Assembly (NCBI GenBank): GCA_013265495.1
Contig: MU058198.1
Location: 508,419 to 572,418 of the forward strand
Length of the DNA stretch: 64,000 bases
DNA from: Vicugna vicugna
Taxonomy: Eukaryota
Reading direction: 5' to 3'
In this document: piece by piece, positions 59,801-64,000 of the stretch
Position numbering within the stretch: the stretch's first letter is position 1
Layout of the letters: each line of letters starts with the position of its first letter
The notes under the pieces: model-generated
Told to the model about the DNA's origin: nothing
Databases searched by the model: none
The model's input: the letters and a program-made list of their open reading frames with translations, nothing else
Translations under genes and position numbers: made by a program

Positions 59801-62800
59801 GGAGAAGGCCCAGTTGATAGGCAAACTCTGTGGTTCAGTTATTCTTGACAAACCAAGCCTTAATAAATCCAATGTTCTTCTCCAAGGTGCTTCCACTCAA
59901 GCAAGCAGCGTGAATACATCAGTTTTAGGTAGCTTTTCTAAAGTGGACATACCTGTACGGTCTGGCTATTCCACTTCTTTAGAGCCTGATTCTGATTTTA
60001 AAGGCATTCCCACTTTTGTTACTGAAAATAATGTTATCAAAAGTCTTACTGGTTCATATGCCAAATTACCTAGCCCAGAGCCAAGCCTGAGTCCTAAAAT
60101 GCATCGAAGGCGTTCAAGGCCTTCATCAGCATGTCATATACTTATAAATAACCCAATAAATGCTTGTGAATTAAGTCCTAAAAGTAAAGAACAGACAGTA
60201 GACTTAGTTGTTCAAGATACTGATGAAAAAGCACACGTACCTGAAACTGTGCCAAAGTTACCAACTGACTTAGCAGGAGTTTGTTCAAGCAAGGTTTATG
60301 TCAGCAAAAATACATCTGAAGCCATACAGGAAATGGTTTTAGGTAAATCAAATCAGGTATGTCAATCTTCAGGAAATCAATTAGAAAATAAAGTTATCCA
60401 TGGACTTGCTGTGGCGGAAGGCCAGCCAGCATCTGATGGGAGAGGACCACACAGCATGGACAGTGCGTGTTCTGCAGTGCAGAGATTGCATGAGCCATAT
60501 GCCACCAGTCAGTGTATAATGGGTCAAAACTTTGGAACTGTGAGTGGACTCACGTCAGCCAGCGTGCTAGAGAAAAACTCCTACAGTTTACCAGTGGAGC
60601 TGAATAAGTCTTACGACGTGAAAAACCCATCTCCTTTACTGATGCAAAACCAGAATACCAGACAGCAGATGGACACCCCTACAGTGTCCTGTGGAAGTGA
60701 ACAGTTTTTGGATAACAGTTTTGAGAAAGTTAAACGGAGACTTGATTTAGATATTGATAATTTGCAAAAAGAAAACTGCCCTTATGTCTTAACAGCTGGA
60801 ATAGCTGAACAGGAAAGGCAACATGTGCTGGAGAAAAGATACCCTAAGGGACCTGTCTACATCAACAAGAATAAAATGATAGAAAGTAGTTCCAAAGGTA
60901 AGAAAGTTTCCAAGTGTTTAGTACCTGCCAAGCAGGTGGCATCTCTCTTGTATACTGTTAACTGACAGTTTGCAGAGTAATAATTGTCTTCTATTCATCA
61001 GGGTACTTAATTTCATTTGTCAGCGTGCATGATTAGCTACAGTTTATTGCCATTCGATAGGCTTTCTTAAAGTATTTTCTTATTTGAATTATGATTCTCT
61101 CAGTCCACTTGGTATTATAGAGAATATTGTTAATAACTGGAGGAAAAAGTTCTTGCATGAAACATCACTTACAGTTTTCATCCAGTGTATTGCTCTGATG
61201 TCTTCCTTTTGGACTGTGGCTTCTAATATTTTCATCAGTTTGTCCTTTCATTTGAAATGAGATCTTCATGTCCTTGGCTCTTCAGTAAACACTGTAACAT
61301 CAAATTATTAGAGAAAATATCACAAATAAGGCTCTCTGAGTAGTGCTTCAAGAATGGTGTCTTTATTGATGAAAATTTATTTCAGATTTCTTTCTGTTGC
61401 ACCTAGTGTTATATTCACAGCAACTTGTTCAAACATGTCTTCTTCATTACTCCTTACTTTGTTGTCATGGTTTATAATTCCTCATTACTGATATGGAAGA
61501 CATATAAATCAAGTAAACTAAGTTCTTAGACACAGACATTTCAACTCTAATTTGTTATATATCCTCTTGAAAAAAATTTCACACTAACCCTAAAATTGCA
61601 CACTTAAAAATAACAAGGTTTATGGGAAAAACAGGGTTGGCTTGGGGCAGACCACTTAACACCTGTGTGACTTTATTAGAACTCTTAACAAAAGCAACAG
61701 CTGATACGTGGGGAGCCAGCTTGGATTCTCCTAGCAGACGACATGCCAGGCTCAAGGCTGTCTCAGCGAGTACCAAAAATACACAGAACCAAGTGGGTGG
61801 CAATCCCTGGCAGTGCTTTCACGGGAGCAAGGCCAGTGCATGTGCCATGAGGCTAATCGTGGAGGCAGCTGGGTTGCTGTCAGAGTGGGCAAGGGAGGCA
61901 GTGCTGTGTTCCGAGAGCTGCCCCCAGCTTGGTGTGCCTCCGGAGGGCACACCTCCCAGGGAGGGAGCCCAGGTCAGGCATGCGTTTAAAAAGTTTTTAA
62001 GGTAGAACTGCATGGACTCCTGCTGTCGGCTGAGTTGTTGAGTGGAGGAGCTTTGTCTTCTCTTGCTGAAAGTTACAACTCTACTGCTTTTTCAGCCCCC
62101 CTTGCCTATAAAAAATTACACATGAACAAATGCAGATTGTTGTAGCTGAATAAAATTGTATTTAGGAACAAATTAATGGAATACCATAGCAGGTAGGACA
62201 GATATAATGTGCTTGTCTTCAATGAAAATCATTGACTCTATATTTGGGAAGAATGATTCTTTGAATTTAGTTGAATTATAGTGGATCCCTGAATATATAT
62301 GTGCTACGTCTGTGTAATACTTGGCATTTCACGTTTCAAAGTGTATCACCATGATCTGTTCAGTAAGTTGGTCATAATGGTCATAATGTTAATAAAGTTT
62401 TTAGTTAGTAATTAGAATATCTGGAATTTTAATATCTGGTCTTTTTTGGAACCTTAAGCTGAGAAGCTTTACACTATCAAAGCAACATTTATTTAAAAAA
62501 AAATCAAAGCAAGACTACAAGCTACAATATCAGAGGTCCTGGAGAAAGACAAGAAACAAAAGAATAAATAGAGGTGAGATGCATATGACAACCACATGGT
62601 GTGAAGTCCATTGGAGCAAGGAGAGTCTTGATGGAACATGGACACGTAGTCTTGGCTCCTCCAGATCGTGGTGGAATCTGCTGAACGGGTGGGTCAGGGT
62701 GGTGAGATACAGACCTTTGTTTGGTGGCATGAGATGAGAGGAGCAGCGCAAGAGAATGTGGTTCAAAATGGGGGCCTGTCTGTATCTTGATTGTACTATG

Positions 62801-64000
62801 TCAGATTTAGGAATACTCTGGTCAGAAGCATCATTTAAATTGATGGTGTAAAGCATCAGATATTAGTACATTTTCTAAATTTGAGGGGACATGTTTCTTT
62901 CCAGAAGGCGAGGAGATATTAAAAAGCAAGATGTTAGCTTTTGAAGAAATGCGGAAGAGGCTAGAAGAGCAGCATGCCCAGCAGTTGTCACTACTCATAG
63001 CTGAGCAGGAGAGGGAGCAGGAAAGACTGCAGAAGGTGAGTTACTAAAATGTAGGGGTATAGGGCTGGTGAGTGGAATTGAGCTGAGGTTAGTCTATGAA
63101 TTTGGGTCATGTATGGGATACTTGTAATTGTTTCCCCTGTGTACTTAATCTAAGGTGGTCATTGATTTTGATACGTGGATAGCGTTTTTATTTCCAAAAA
63201 TGTGAATTTAAATATTTAGATCCTTCTCTAAAAATAAATGCATACTTTGTCCAAAGGATATTTTACTGAACCGTTGATTCAAAACTTCTGATATTTTTAA
63301 GAGATATTTTATAAGTAGATGCTGAAATACGCATTCTGTAAGAGTATCTTGTAAGAGCAAGGACAGTTGTTTTAAGATGATTATAGTTAATACATCGTTT
63401 TAAAATCAGCTAAATAGATTGTCAATTTGATTTGAGGGAGAAAAACCTGAAATAATAATCTGCTGGTAATTTTAGATACTTTTATCTAAGCCTAAAATGA
63501 TACTATTTGGAGATATAATTAAAGAAAAGATCTACCATGTTATAATAAACTGTTAATCGACATAGAATACAAACTTGTGGTTGCCAGGGGGTCGGGGGCT
63601 GGGAACGGACTGGGATTTCAAAATGTAGAATACATAAACAAGATTGTACTGTGTAGCACAGGGAAATATATACAGGATCTTGTGGTGGCTCACAGCGAAA
63701 GAGAATGTGGCAATGAATGTATGTATGTTCATGTATAACTGACAAATTGTGCTCTGCACTGGAATTTGACACAACATTGTAAAATGACTATAACTCAATA
63801 AAAAAAGTAAAAAAAAGTAAACCGTTAATCTACAGGAAATAGAAGAACAGGAGAAAATGTTAAAAGAGAAGAAGGTGATTTCGGCGGAAGCCTCTGAATT
63901 GGACATGAACAATGCTGTGGACTTAGAATGGAGAAAGATAAGTGACTCTGGTTTGCTAGAAACAATGCTGTCTCAAGTGGACTCACTCCATACTTCACAT
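53705..64000 (+). CDS. CCP110: CCP110 (centriolar coiled-coil protein 110, CP110), 5' part: join(53705..53845,56734..56862,59247..60897,62905..63035,63836..>64000)
   Basis: Starts [14 protein letters not shown] after aagATGg. Exon phases chain in frame. The protein has N-terminal and central coiled coils ([38 protein letters not shown]) and the KRRL RxL motif. The gene is head-to-head with GDE1, as known for this locus. Confidence 0.96.
55034..55102. repeat. Compound (TG)n(TA)n(CA)n microsatellite
   Basis: tgtgtatgtgtgtgtatatatatatatgtatatatatatatacacacacatacatatacacatatata. Confidence 0.9.
56734..56862 (+). CDS. CCP110: CCP110 coding exon 2 (LNSEKRKEM...ILENVQ)
   Basis: Acceptor gtttttcag; donor cag|gtgtgt; 129 nt. 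Confidence 0.93.
59247..60897 (+). CDS. CCP110: CCP110 large coding exon 3 (VRKAPNASD...IESSSK)
   Basis: Acceptor cctttttcag; donor aag|gtaaga; 1651 nt open frame (track ORF 59325..60965). Confidence 0.96.
62905..63035 (+). CDS. CCP110: CCP110 coding exon 4 ([10 protein letters not shown]...ERLQK)
   Basis: Acceptor ttctttccag (CAGAAG NAGNAG); donor aag|gtgagt; 131 nt. Confidence 0.93.
63559..63817 (+). mobile_element. 5'-truncated young L1 3' end next to a CCP110 acceptor
   Basis: L1 3'UTR (aaacttgtggttgccagggg...gtagcacagggaa...ttgacacaacattgtaaa), AATAAA plus A-tail, 13-bp TSD taaac(t/c)gttaatc (63546-63558, 63818-63830). Confidence 0.85.
63836..64000 (+). CDS. CCP110: CCP110 coding exon 5, truncated by the window end (EIEEQEKML...SLHTSH)
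   Basis: Acceptor aatctacag; open frame continuing the coiled coil. Confidence 0.92.

Noticed and set aside
1..64000. A novel multi-gene biological system
   Set aside because: All credible coding sequence is accounted for by TMC5, GDE1 and CCP110 in their known order; the rest is introns, promoters and interspersed repeats

Overview
This is mammalian genomic DNA, intron-rich and full of interspersed repeats. The tRNA-derived SINEs and young L1 3' ends suggest a camelid or other cetartiodactyl, which is an inference. The window holds the conserved gene trio TMC5-GDE1-CCP110. (1) The last 17 coding exons of TMC5 lie on + at 102-26496; they splice in frame with canonical GT-AG sites to about 657 C-terminal residues. 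(2) The complete 6-exon GDE1 gene lies on - at 46569-31241 (996 nt, 331 aa), tail-to-tail with TMC5. (3) The CpG-island promoter and first 5 coding exons of CCP110 lie on + at 53705-64000 (truncated), head-to-head with GDE1. Almost all other ORFs in the six-frame track are spurious intronic or repeat ORFs. I found no convincing novel multi-gene system. The best second-look items are four. A strong-Kozak octa-arginine uORF sits in the putative CCP110 leader. A young sense-strand L1 fragment is inserted 18 nt upstream of a CCP110 splice acceptor. Two TSD-flanked solo LTRs and a SINE are wedged between the GDE1 and CCP110 promoters. A perfect 36-bp tandem duplication of an NF-kB-site hairpin lies in a TMC5 intron. 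Gene and repeat family names come from recognition, not from database searches.
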